Shown here: positions 36,095-47,757 of the stretch, in pieces
Position numbering within the stretch: the stretch's first letter is position 1
How the letters are laid out: each line of letters begins with the position of its first letter
Assembly: GCA_038087875.1 (NCBI GenBank)
Contig: CM075997.1
Location: 4,094,001-4,158,000 of the forward strand
Reading direction: 5' to 3'
Origin: Malacoraja senta
Lineage: Eukaryota
Length of the DNA stretch: 64,000 bases
The notes under the pieces: model-generated
Seen by the model: only the letters and a program-made list of their open reading frames with translations
Database searches by the model: none
What the model was told of the DNA's origin: nothing
Position numbers and translations under genes: made by a program

Positions 36095-38896
36095 CAAAAT
36101 TGGTCATTAAAACGAACAATACAGGAGAATTATTAAAACTACCCAAGGATATAAACGAGAGATTTCTCCAATACTATCATAATCTTTATTCAACTAAAAC
36201 TGTAGAACAACCGGAAGGAATAGCAGAATTTTTACAAAAATGTAATTTAAAAGGTTTAGACTCAAAAGATAGAGAATTATTAGAAGCTGAAATTACGATA
36301 AAAGATATTGAAGAGTCTATTGGATCTTTAAAAAATGGTAAAGCAGTAGGTCCAGATGGTTTAGGCTCTGAATTTTATTTTAAAAATTACGATTTGCTCT
36401 CTCCACGTTTACAAATGCTGTATGAGTATATTTATACTCAACAGAAACTCCCAGATACCTTAAACAAATCTATAATAACACTCATCCCAAAGGCTGATAA
36501 GGATCCTGAAGATCCAGGATCATATAGAGCAATTGCACTTTTAAATACAGATCAGAAAATACTAACTAAAATTCTAGCGCACAGATTAAGTACAGTGATG
36601 AATAAATTAATACACCCTGACCAAACAGGCTTTATTCAGAAACGGTATTCATATTTTAATTTGAGAAGATTATTTAATATAATATACTCAAAGAGAATTA
36701 CTAATGAAGATCTAGCAATAATCTCACTTGATGCCGAAAAAGCTTTTGATCAGGTTGAATGGCCCTATTTATTTTCGGTGATGGAAAAATTGCAACTGGG
36801 CGAGAAATTCTACGCATAGATAAAACTGTTATATACCAACCCAACGGCTAGAATATTAACAAACCAAAGGTTATCATCTAAATTTAACCTATCTAGAGGT
36901 TGCAGACAAGGATGCCCATTGTCTCCACTATTATTTGCGCTTGCTATTGAGCCACTTGCAGAAAGAGTTAGGACCCACCCGGAAATATATGGGTATAATA
37001 CAAAGGACACAGTGAATAAAATTTCTCTATACGCAGATGATGTATTAATTTACATTACAAAACCAGAAATTGGTATTCCAAATTTATTAAAGCTAATAAC
37101 CCAATTTGGTTCACTCTCTGGATACAGAATAAATTGGAATAAAAGTGAAATTATGCCAATAAGGGAACATAATAAACATATACTACAACAATTCCCGTTT
37201 AAAATAGTAAATGAAAAATTCAAATACCTAGGAATGTATGTCACTAAGATATACACATCATTATTTAAATCAAATTTCCCCCCATTACTGAATAAACTAC
37301 ATAAGAATATTCAGTACTGGAAAACACTTCCTATCTCAATGGTTGGTAAAATTAATGCCATAAAAATGATTTTCTTACCGCAAATATTATACCTTTTTCA
37401 AAAAACTGTTTCAAAAAGTTGGATTCCATTATCAGTGACTTTATCTGGGATTATAAGAATCATAGGATAAGCAAAAAACATCTGTGCAAATCAAAAATAA
37501 ATGGAGGTTTAGATCTACCAAACTTTTTGTTTTATTTTTGGGCAGTTAACATTAAAAATATGAATTTTTGGTTGGAAGAAATAGATCAACAACCAGATTG
37601 GTTAAAAATGGAAAAGGAAGATTGTTTACCTTTTCAAATCGGCTCGATACTATTTGCTACTTCTAAATGAAACAAAAAAAATTATGGGGAAAATCCTATA
37701 ATATATAGTGCTATGCGAATTTGGAAACAATTAAAAAATACATTAAAATTAGATAATTTATCACTTTTTCTTCCAATTGTGAATAATCCTTTATTTAAAC
37801 CCTCATGGTTGGATAAAGGTTTCACACAATGGAAATATTATGGAATTAAAATGATGGGACAACTTTACAAAGAAGGCGCTTTTCTTTCATTTCAGGAGCT
37901 GCAACAGACTTATGGACTTCAAGTAAATGATTTTTTCAGATATCTTCAACTTAGAGATTATGTAAAAGCAATTACTCAAAACTTTAGAATTAGAAATTCA
38001 GAAATTCTTGATGACTGTTGGAATAAACACCCTAATACAGAAAAATTAATATCTTACATATATAATATTTTATTAGATAGTGAGATTCCATCGACGGATT
38101 TACACAGACAAACATGGGAAAAAGAACTAAATCAAATAATAACGAAAGATACTTGGGAAGAAAGTTTACAACACATACATCAATGTTCATTAAATGCCAG
38201 ACACTCTCTAATACAATTTTAAAGTACTACATAGGTTACATTATTCTAAAACAAAATTAAATAAAATCTTCCCACATATTTCCCCTATATGTGATAAATG
38301 TCAACATTTAGATGCTAACTTAACTCATACGTTTGCGAATTGTATAAAAATAAAAAAATTCTGGGCAAATATTTTCAGAATAATATCTATAGTTACCAGC
38401 ACTCAATTGGACCCAGATCCAAAATTAATAATACTAGGAATATTAGAACCAAATCAAACATTTACAACAACTCAAATAAATTTTATTGATTATAGTATAA
38501 TAACTGGGAAAAAATTAATTCTAAAATTTTGGAAAGGTCCTATAACCCCCACAATCAAAATGTGGATTATAGAAATGATGGAGACCTTACACTTGGAAAG
38601 AATTAGACTTGTCCTATTGGACAAACAAGAATTATTTGTTGGAACATGGTCTCCATTTATTGATTATCTAAAGGGTCAGAATGGTTCAGCACGGGAACCT
38701 GACTAGCACTCGAGCCAAGGAATAGATGAAATGTTATACTCTGAAATGTACGAATATATCTCGAATGAAGTTTTTTTCTTAGTAAGTTATTCCATTCTTC
38801 TTTATTATCTTTCTTTTTTTTTGTTTTTTTTTCTTTTCTTTTCTCTTTCTTTCATCTATCTTTTTATTTCTATTTACTTTAAAAAAAATTAAAAAA
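36095..38896 (+). mobile_element. L1-clade LINE ORF2 (RT and C-terminal CCHC), 5'-truncated, disrupted; antisense in HNRNPUL1 intron 10
   Basis: GPDG, SYRAIALLNTD.KI, SLDAEKAFD, RQGCPLSP, LYADD, CDKC...H....C, WSPFIDYL; several stops and frameshifts; T-rich 3' UTR and A tail. Confidence 0.93.
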
Positions 38897-41800
38897 TCAT
38901 TGGAGACAATGTGAATAATGTTTGACAATATTATTAATTTAGAAATGAAGGACTGGTAACGATTTTAATATGGTACAAATGTATCTGAAAATGGGGGCAA
39001 GTATTTTTCTAAAATATCTGTTCAGACGCCTTTTGGTTCCAAAGGATTGTAAATAATACCGCTAGTCCAACTAGAATGATGATGGTGGAATAGCTGTCCA
39101 CCACACGAGTACATCATGATTTATTTTTGTTATTTGTATTGTATAACTATATTCCACATTGCAATTTTCTGGATAAATAATCCCAGTGTTAACAGGGCAC
39201 CCCCTGTTGTATGTTCAATCATGAGCAACATTTAAGTAGACAATGCTGTGTAACTAAACAGTCAACTCTTTGTTAGTCCTTGCACTGCTTGCAATTCAGA
39301 ATATGATATAATGGTATTAATGATTAGGGTTTTTAAAGACCAACTTGTTTTGCAGTGCACAGAAACGTTGGTATCCATATCAGATCTGAGTGGCTGCTTG
39401 TTGCTGACATTATGAAAATCCTTCCATCAGCATCTGCCCACAAGTGCTACCTGACTACAAATAACAATCATCCTGGTTGAGAATTTCAGCCTTTCTGTGC
39501 ACTGAATGAACCAAGCAACACACAACCCCCAACTCTCCCCAGATCCAATAGCATTGAATAGAATTATTAGCAGATCATTGAGCCGTGCAGCACAGAAACA
39601 GCCCCTTAGGCCCACGCCAATCATCAAGTGCCCATCTACATTCAAAAATTTTGATCATTGGATGAGCTGCCCACCTCCAAATTGGCTACAGCAATACGGC
39701 CAACCCTCTACTAATATAGTAAACACACAGCCAGGACATAGCTCCATCTTTTTAGAAACACTGCCTCACTTGAAGAAAGGCAGCTTGCACTTAAAAGTAT
39801 CACAGCTAATGGCATTTAAAATTACACTGCCCACTTGTGTCCATGCTTTGTCTAGTTTAGAGATACATCGTGGAAACAGGTACTTCGGCCCACTGAGTCC
39901 ATGCTGACCAGCGATCCCTGTATACTAACACTACCCTACATACTAGGGGCAATTTACAATTTTTATCAAAGCCAATTAAGTTATAAACCTGTATGATTTT
40001 GGAGTGTAGGTGGAAACCGGAGCGCCCGGAGAAAACCCATGTGGTCATGGGGAGAGCGTACAGACCCCGGTACCGACAGCACCCATAGTCAGGGTCGAAC
40101 CCAGGTCTCTGGCGCTGTAAGGCAGCAACTCAACCACTACGCAATTGTGCCTTTTGTAATTCATAAAGATTCCTGAACCTCTTCCTGCAAATCCTTGATT
40201 GCTTTAAAACCCTGATACTCCAGATTTCAGATGATTTATTAATTGAACATGCCTGTGAAAAAAGTTTAGGTTTTTGTTTTCCTCTCCCCTAGATGTGTTC
40301 TTTTCCATTTCTCCATTCTATCCTATAGCTTGCAGAATACATTTTGTTTTCCCAATATCCACACGTGGAGACTAACTTAAGAAATCAAAATCTACAGCAA
40401 TTGTCAAAATACTGAATTTATGCTTCTAGTCAGTACCCAGTCTTCCAGAGACCCCACTTTGAACATCTAGGACCCCATCTTTGTGCACTAGTTAAAATTC
40501 TCACCTTTAGATTTTTTCATAGGAACCTCTTCCAACCCGATTTTAATCAGGATAACTTCCAATTTCCTCACTTTCTTCAAACTTATTTTTCATTGCTTGC
40601 CATCCACTTCATTTTTATCCACTCCTTGCAAGACAGCTTATAGGCATTATCAAACCAAACATGCACTTGCAGAAAATTAGTATTTATACCCCTCCCCTAT
40701 TCATCAGCATTTCTGTGTCATATGAAAATACTCATTACTTTTCATTCTCAAAATGAATTAGTTAATGCTACACACACTGAACCACAGATCACCCTGACCA
40801 TCCTACTCTAGAGTATTTTACTTTCTTCCTTGCAAACTTCCATTTGTCCCATCAGCAACCGTTACTATTTCTAGCTTATAAGCTTACTATCTCTATTACT
40901 ACATCCGTAAATACCGAACTGGACCCAGCTATGACCCGGGGGTCCAGAATCAGTTGTCACCCCACCCCTACCAAAAGCAAGTAATGACCATCTCTAACTT
41001 AGTTTCCCACCCATTCTTCAATCTATCCTCTTTTACCACAAGCCTGAGTGTGTCAGCCATGAGGCAACAATTCAATACTTCCTGAAAAACCATTCAGACT
41101 ATGCCAACGCTATTATCCAGTCTTACAAAAACTAGTGCACTTGTGAAATACAACTCATGCAAGAGCTGGCTGCCTGGACCACCCCAAGTGTTTCTGGTGA
41201 TTAAAGATTTAAATCCAACTACTGATCACAAGAATGTTCTCAACATTCATCTGCCAGCTTACCATTCATTTTCTTCAAGAATAAATCAATATCGTGGTTC
41301 ATCTTTGGTCCTTGGCAGTTTTTGAGAGAAGATTTAGGAGTTGTGTTTAAAGTTCCTGCCATCTCCTGTGGCTTGCATTAAGAGCCATGCACCAAAGTCT
41401 AATAACTTATCCACATTAAACGCTAGCCTGTTTGAGAAATGACTTCCTTTCACACTGTTTTTTCTGACATGAGAGAAAGTATAATAAAACTAGGTCTGTC
41501 TCCATTTCTAATCTTCCAATTGGAATTTCTCAAGAAATAGAGGAAAGCTGCAAGATACCTCGAGGTTAGCTTATTAAATTCAAATGTTCATATTGAAGTT
41601 GCAGACAATACTCAATTTCGGCAACTCTTTCCTTCACACCACCACCCACATACTTAGAATAACAGATGTTACTATTTTTGTTGGTATCCCATTTTATTCT
41701 AATCTGTACCAGCCTCTTAGTATTATTACCACCAGCTTAATGGAAAGATTTACTTAAAACCAAGAAAAATTTGGCTGAATAGTCCATTCCCCATCTAAAT

Positions 41801-43148
41801 GTAATTCTTAAGCTTGCTTTGGGCTTTTGCTTTGTTGGAACCACATATTTTTTGAACTAGTATTCAAGTTCACATAGATAGCTTTTACAGTTTCTGAAGA
41901 CTTATTTACAGAGTATTCATCTAAATATTCACTAAAATACCTCTTTGAAAATTAATTTTAGAAAGTTGTAACTGAGGTAAAAATTAAAATGAAACAAAGC
42001 ACAATTTGTTAAATTCAAAGACAAGCTATTTCAGCTCGACCATTAGAATATGCTCTTGGCGTGAATAGGACTACATAAAGCAATCAGTTTAGCCAGCTAA
42101 TATCAATCTAAAAATCTAAGGATACAAAATGAGAAATCACAAATTCCATCAGGTTTGCAACGGTATACTTCTAGTACAAAACAAACATAGCATCCTTCAG
42201 GGAACATCCTTGAAGAACATGGATAGGTGACATTTCGGGACAGGACCCCAAACGTCACATATCCATGTTCTCCATGGGTCCTGCTTGATCTGCTGCGTTA
42301 TTTCAGCACTGTGTCTTTATCTGCGGTAGATAAGCGCACCAGTATCTGCGGTTTCTTGTTTCTACACGACTTCCTGCAGGCAGTTTTCAAACAAGCACAA
42401 CTATGCACAATTCCTTTTCACAGTACTGCTGGCAACATACAAGCCACAAACGACACAGTAGCGAAAAATTTATTAAATCTGTTCAGCAGTAGAATTAGAT
42501 TGTAACTCATTTCCATTCCTCAAGCACTTTTACGCTGGGGTAGAGAACAATACCAAGCCATTATCAAAAGTACATTTAATCTTTTCTGAAAGTCTGCATA
42601 TTAACAATTTGAGCCACCATAAAATCTGTCTGATCTACATTTAGAATTCAAAATCTTTTCACACCAGCATTGTAGAAATTATGGAGCAGCAAAGAATGCA
42701 AAACCTTGGCAGCAATGAACTGCAACAAGCACATCAAACATGCACGTGAAATTCAGAAACTGCACAAAGCTTTAACGTATTTCAAGGAGCGATATTGTGA
42801 TTTCTTTAGGGTATGTGGAAGATTTAATTATTTAATTCACTTATGATGTAAGAAATATGCTTCTAGATTGGAGAATATTTTTTACAACAATCCCATTAAT
42901 TTTATCAAATTTTTTAAAAACAAAATTCAATGAAATTACATCAGGGCTTTTGAAAATAGGGCAAATTGAATGAATATAATAGACCACCTTTGTGACACTG
43001 ACAGCACGTGGTTGACTCAGTTCTAGGGTGTGGTTGGAACCTGAAAATATAACTAGGATCCCATTCTTTACAGTTAAATGGTCAAATTATTCCCCAAAAA
43101 ACTGCCCTTAAAAAGAGTCTATTTATTGTTGATCCTGACTGCAACTCC

Positions 43149-43443
43149 ACATACCTACCTCTACTCGCCAGTTCTTCAACAGAGCATCTGTCCCAGACAA
43201 AAACAACATACAACTACTTACCAGGGGTACTTACAATTATCCTGCTCCAGACTATTCTTTAGACCAGTACTTACCATAGCCATCTTGCAGGTTCTGGAAA
43301 GCCAATGTTCATTAGTATTAACTTACCTGCACACCAATTATTTAACAATCAACAAAGTTCCAATCACTACCTTTATTTTACAAATTATTTTACTTTAAAA
43401 CAATGGAGATCATCACTTACTCACCACTGATCTTTTACTTTCT
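43149..43443 (-). promoter_or_regulatory. Intronic cluster of 5' splice-site motifs with candidate decoy/poison micro-exons
   Basis: GTAAGT at 43216, 43229, 43269, 43321, 43415; GTGAGT 43419; GTAGGT 43153; GTATGT 43149 and 43206; branch-like TACTAAT 43311-43317; acceptor ttggctttccAG at 43294-43295. Confidence 0.6.
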
Positions 43444-43678
43444 AAGCAGCACACCATAAAATCTTGATTTTTTAAACTTTTGTTCTTTACTTCGTGTGGA
43501 TATTTTCATTTGATCCCCAAGCAATGAAATAAAATCCATCTATATTTACAACGTGTTCACAAAATGTTACAAGAGATTTACTTATGCAACGTCATGTTAG
43601 CGTTATTTTAACGTCGTATGCAAGCTAACTCGGGTATCTCATCTAATGTGTCAGTGATCCATGGAAGCACAACAGTAC

Positions 43679-43807
43679 CTGATCAAGAATGTAGTTGCGC
43701 TTCTTGCGAGCAGCAATCTGGATGAGACGGTTCAAGCACTGTGTGGCTTGCTGAATGAGGACGTCCCAACGGCCAGCATAATTGCGTTGACGCCGAAGTC
43801 CCATCAC
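43679..43807 (-). CDS. HNRNPUL1: hnRNPUL1 exon 10
   Basis: 129 nt; [43 protein letters not shown]; weak donor CAG|GTACTG. Confidence 0.97.
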
Positions 43808-44511
43808 CTGTGAAAATGGCAAAGATGCCTGTTGAAAGGATTCTTTGGCTCTCAGTCACCACTTTTTTTCAGTGAGAACTCACTGTCTTGTAACCAACAC
43901 AACTGGGGTTTCCCCATCTTTGTGAAAATGTTAGCCAATCTCGTCTGCTGCAGTCATCAAATGTCCTTTAACCAAGCTTCCACTTTTACAATCCCGGTTC
44001 CTGACAAAATGGGGGGTGAGGGGGGGAAGAGACAATTCGCAATTCATGCAGAGGAAGCACTTTTGACATTCATAGGAATGACATTATTAAATAGCATTTA
44101 AGACAAGTTCAGCCTACCCGCAGCGATTATTCAACATTTGTGAATGCACCTGTATAATGGTATTCTGTAGCAGAATAAAAAAATTGAAAATATCACCGCA
44201 TTAACTGCAAACTAATCTTTGACCCTCATACAACACTAGTGTTAAAGCTTTATCACAGAATTACAATTCCATTCCTCCCACATTCGGACAAAGGCATGTG
44301 AAAAATCCAACCAGCATGCAGAATTGCTAATGTACAGTTACCTCCCAAAAGTACTTTTTACATGTTCACTTTTTGTAAACTTCAAATTTGCAAACTGGGC
44401 CAGAGTTTACAATATTGTTGGGAAAACCAGAACACAATGAAGCCATCATCAGAGCTCCATACAATTCAGGACATGTTAGAAAACGGGCCACTCCACACAC
44501 TATGTAGCTAC

Positions 44512-44634
44512 CTTCATCTTTTCCATGATGGCGTTTGTTCCGAGGATGTTATACTTCTTCCATGGGTTGCTGGCCGCATGCACTGCAGCCCATGTTGTTT
44601 TCCCCGCTGCAGGGAGGCCAACCATCATCAGGAT
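44512..44634 (-). CDS. HNRNPUL1: hnRNPUL1 exon 9 (P-loop, Walker A)
   Basis: 123 nt; [44 protein letters not shown] acceptor, GTAGCT donor. Confidence 0.97.
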
Positions 44635-46215
44635 CTTTAAACAAAAAGACAACATTTTGCACTTTCAAGGTATGTCTCTTCTCATTTTCGCCAAACACCA
44701 AATATTATTAGCTTTTCTTCAATAAATGTAGCCTTGCAAGAACTTACATTTTATTGCATCTCCAGTATGGAAAAATCAATGTTTCCATATTGGGCAATAA
44801 TAACAACATTTGACACTAAGTACTCAAAGAATTGGTCCAGTGGGGAGCTGGAGACATGGAGTGGAATAATGAAAATATTAAGGATGCAGTTCTCTTCCTA
44901 TTGTGACTTTCCAATTATCATGTTTCTACCATGGCAAGCAACAAACGTCCACAGTAGTAAGAGTGGTGTTAGGGATGGTGCAGTAGTCACAGAGCCTGTT
45001 CATGTGTACCTGTCAGCACAGTCCCATAAACTTAATGGGAAAGAAGGTGTTGATACGATGCTACATTCCATCCTATAGTCAATATATTGCTTAGACATTT
45101 GTATGCACAAAATAACACATATCCGTGCATTTCATCAATCAAGATTCACCAGTCACCGTTTTTGGCTTTGGTTTAATGTTGTGCAACTAGCGGATGCAGA
45201 GAGGATGTTTCCAGTAGTGGGAGTTTAGGACCAGAGGGCACGGCCTCAGAATAAAAGGACTGCATCGAGAGAATGGAAATGGAGGAATTTCTTTAGTCAG
45301 AGGGTGGTGAATATGTGGAATTCACTGCCACAGATGGCTGTGGAGGCCATCTCATTGGGTATGTTTCAAACGGATTGATAGGTTCTTGATTAGTGAGCGT
45401 GTCAAAGGTTATGGGGGGGGGGGGGAGGGGAGCAGGAGAATGGGGTTGAGAGGGAAAAACAGGAGAATGGGGTTGAGGGGAAAACAGTTCAGCCATAATC
45501 GAACGGCAGAGCAGACTCGATGGGACGATTGGCCTAATTCTGCTTCTATGTCATGATCTTATGAACTAAATAGTAATTATCAGCAATTCAATATCTGAAT
45601 TTAAACCATTACATTAAAATTAAAGGAAAATGGCCTTGGAATCAGAAACAGCACAAGAACATCCTGTCCAATAGATGCAGAGATAGCAAAAGCAGAGTTG
45701 CAATCTTCAAAAATTCTCTAAATTGTAAAACCACATATTCTAAAACCTTCCTTATACAAGGAGGGAGGAAGTGAGTGAGCGAGCGAGCGGGAGTGTGTGT
45801 GTACACCTTCCCTGCATGGAGGAACTACAACTAGAGGAGATCAGTTTCAGAATGTGGCCTGCTATAGTTGCTATTTCTCCATAATCAATCAGCAATGCTG
45901 TGGGGGTTTAATAGACTGACTCAAGTGTCAGAATGCAGCGAGCGGCACAATGGGACAATTAGGAATGTATAATAACAGCAAAGGACCTCAAACATGAAAT
46001 GTTAACAGTTTTGCCTTTCCACAGATGCTGTCTTAGCTGACAGGGGATCCAGATTCTTCTACTTTTATTTCAGAATTCCAGCAACTGAAGCTTTTGATTT
46101 TCAATGGATAATATATGCTATCTTTGTCAGCTATATCCAAACGCACAAATGAACAGAAGTCAGTATTTGGGCAAGTTAAAGAGAGACCTGGCGTGGGAAT
46201 TCACCAAATACCTAC

Positions 46216-46479
46216 TTCACACTCTGACTTTGACTTTGGTGCTGCTGTGCCTGTCATCCGCTGATCCAAGGGCACATGCTGAATGTATGTGAATCCATCG
46301 GGAATTCTGCACCATGGCTCCTTCTGCCCAAAGTTGAATTCAATGGCGCAGTTTTTTGACAACACATGTGGGAACAATGGACGTCCGCCAAGAGCTGTTT
46401 TCTTTGCTCTGAACGCAACACCAAGCCACCTTCCGTTCTTCGTATAGGACATCTCCACATCTTCACCAACGTCATAGTT
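46216..46479 (-). CDS. HNRNPUL1: hnRNPUL1 exon 8 (SPRY end)
   Basis: 264 nt, phase 0-0; [23 protein letters not shown]...[16 protein letters not shown]...PKSKSECE. Confidence 0.97.
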
Positions 46480-47644
46480 CTAAAGATGCAAAGGACAGTA
46501 AAGCTGGAATGTTCAGCAATGAAATGTTTCAGAACTGCATGAAGCAGCGATTACAAGCCAACAACTTTGCTTTCACACCAGCCTGCGGGTGCTGCCTCGG
46601 GTAGAGTTGTCAGCCTGCACCTGGAGACCAAATGCTATTCCTGGCAATCTACTCAACAACTAAAAGACTTAATGTGACACACTGTTTTATTTTTTTTAAT
46701 TTGTACCTTCTCTGTAGCTAACACTATATTTGGCAAAAATAAAAAAACAATTTGCTGGAAGAACTCAGCAGGTCAGACAGCATCTGTGGAGCAAATTCCA
46801 AAAAATCTGCCCATTCTCTCCTCAGATGCTGCCCAATCCGCTGAGTTACTCCAGCAGTTTGCTTTTTGCTCAAGATTCCCACATCTGCAGTTCCTTGTGT
46901 CCACACTATATTCTTCGTTTGGTTTCTTTTTTTCTTTTGCAGCTCATGTATGGTAATAGTTTGCCTGGACAGCAGGCAAATCAAAGTTTTCTACTGTTTC
47001 TCAGTACACCTGACAACAATAAGCAAGTACTAACACCAATAGATGTTTTAATATCAAGGAAACCAATGGCTATGGAGTTAGCACTGGAAAATGGTGCTGA
47101 AAGAAAAGCTCAGCATGATCTTATTGAATGACGGAGCAGAAGTGAAGGAGCACTTGTCCTGCTCCTAGTTCTATTTATGTTATGTTCTTAATACAACAAA
47201 GATTCAGGCTGACCAGCACAGACCAAATGGTTGTAAGCTCCATCACAGATTGATGTATGAACCTTGTGAATAACCACAAACCATGCTGGGCAGCAACCAC
47301 CAACTCCAGTGGAAGCATGCCAACACCATAGTTACTACAGTAGCATCATTATTCCAACTTGAAACCGGTCTTCTAATATCCTGCAACATTTTAATTATCT
47401 TGTCGTATTGCTCTAAAGGGAACATCAAGCTAATGCAAAAACAAGTCGTAGTCAAATGCCAACCGTCACCTGTCACACCAGTCTTTAGGTTTAAAGAAAG
47501 AGAATACAACACAATGCAGATATGCGATAGCATTTTTAACAAAGAATTGATTTGTTCAAATAATAACTCCAGGAATCCCTGCTTGTGGCCTTGAGTGAAA
47601 TGGTATTGACAAACTTTTAATTCAATTACATTTCCAATACTTAC

Positions 47645-47757
47645 AATTAGACAACCCAGCACATCGTTTTCAGAAAATCGCTCCCCGTAATCCAGAAATT
47701 TGCAGCTTGATGACTTCTTTCCTGTCCCTCCATACCCAAATGAGAATGCTTCCTCAC
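47645..47757 (-). CDS. HNRNPUL1: hnRNPUL1 exon 7 (SPRY)
   Basis: 113 nt; [46 protein letters not shown]. Confidence 0.97.

Noticed and set aside
38770..38880. Poly(A) site at the A-rich tract on the gene's sense strand
   Set aside because: It is the antisense L1 3' UTR and a likely oligo-dT internal-priming artefact.
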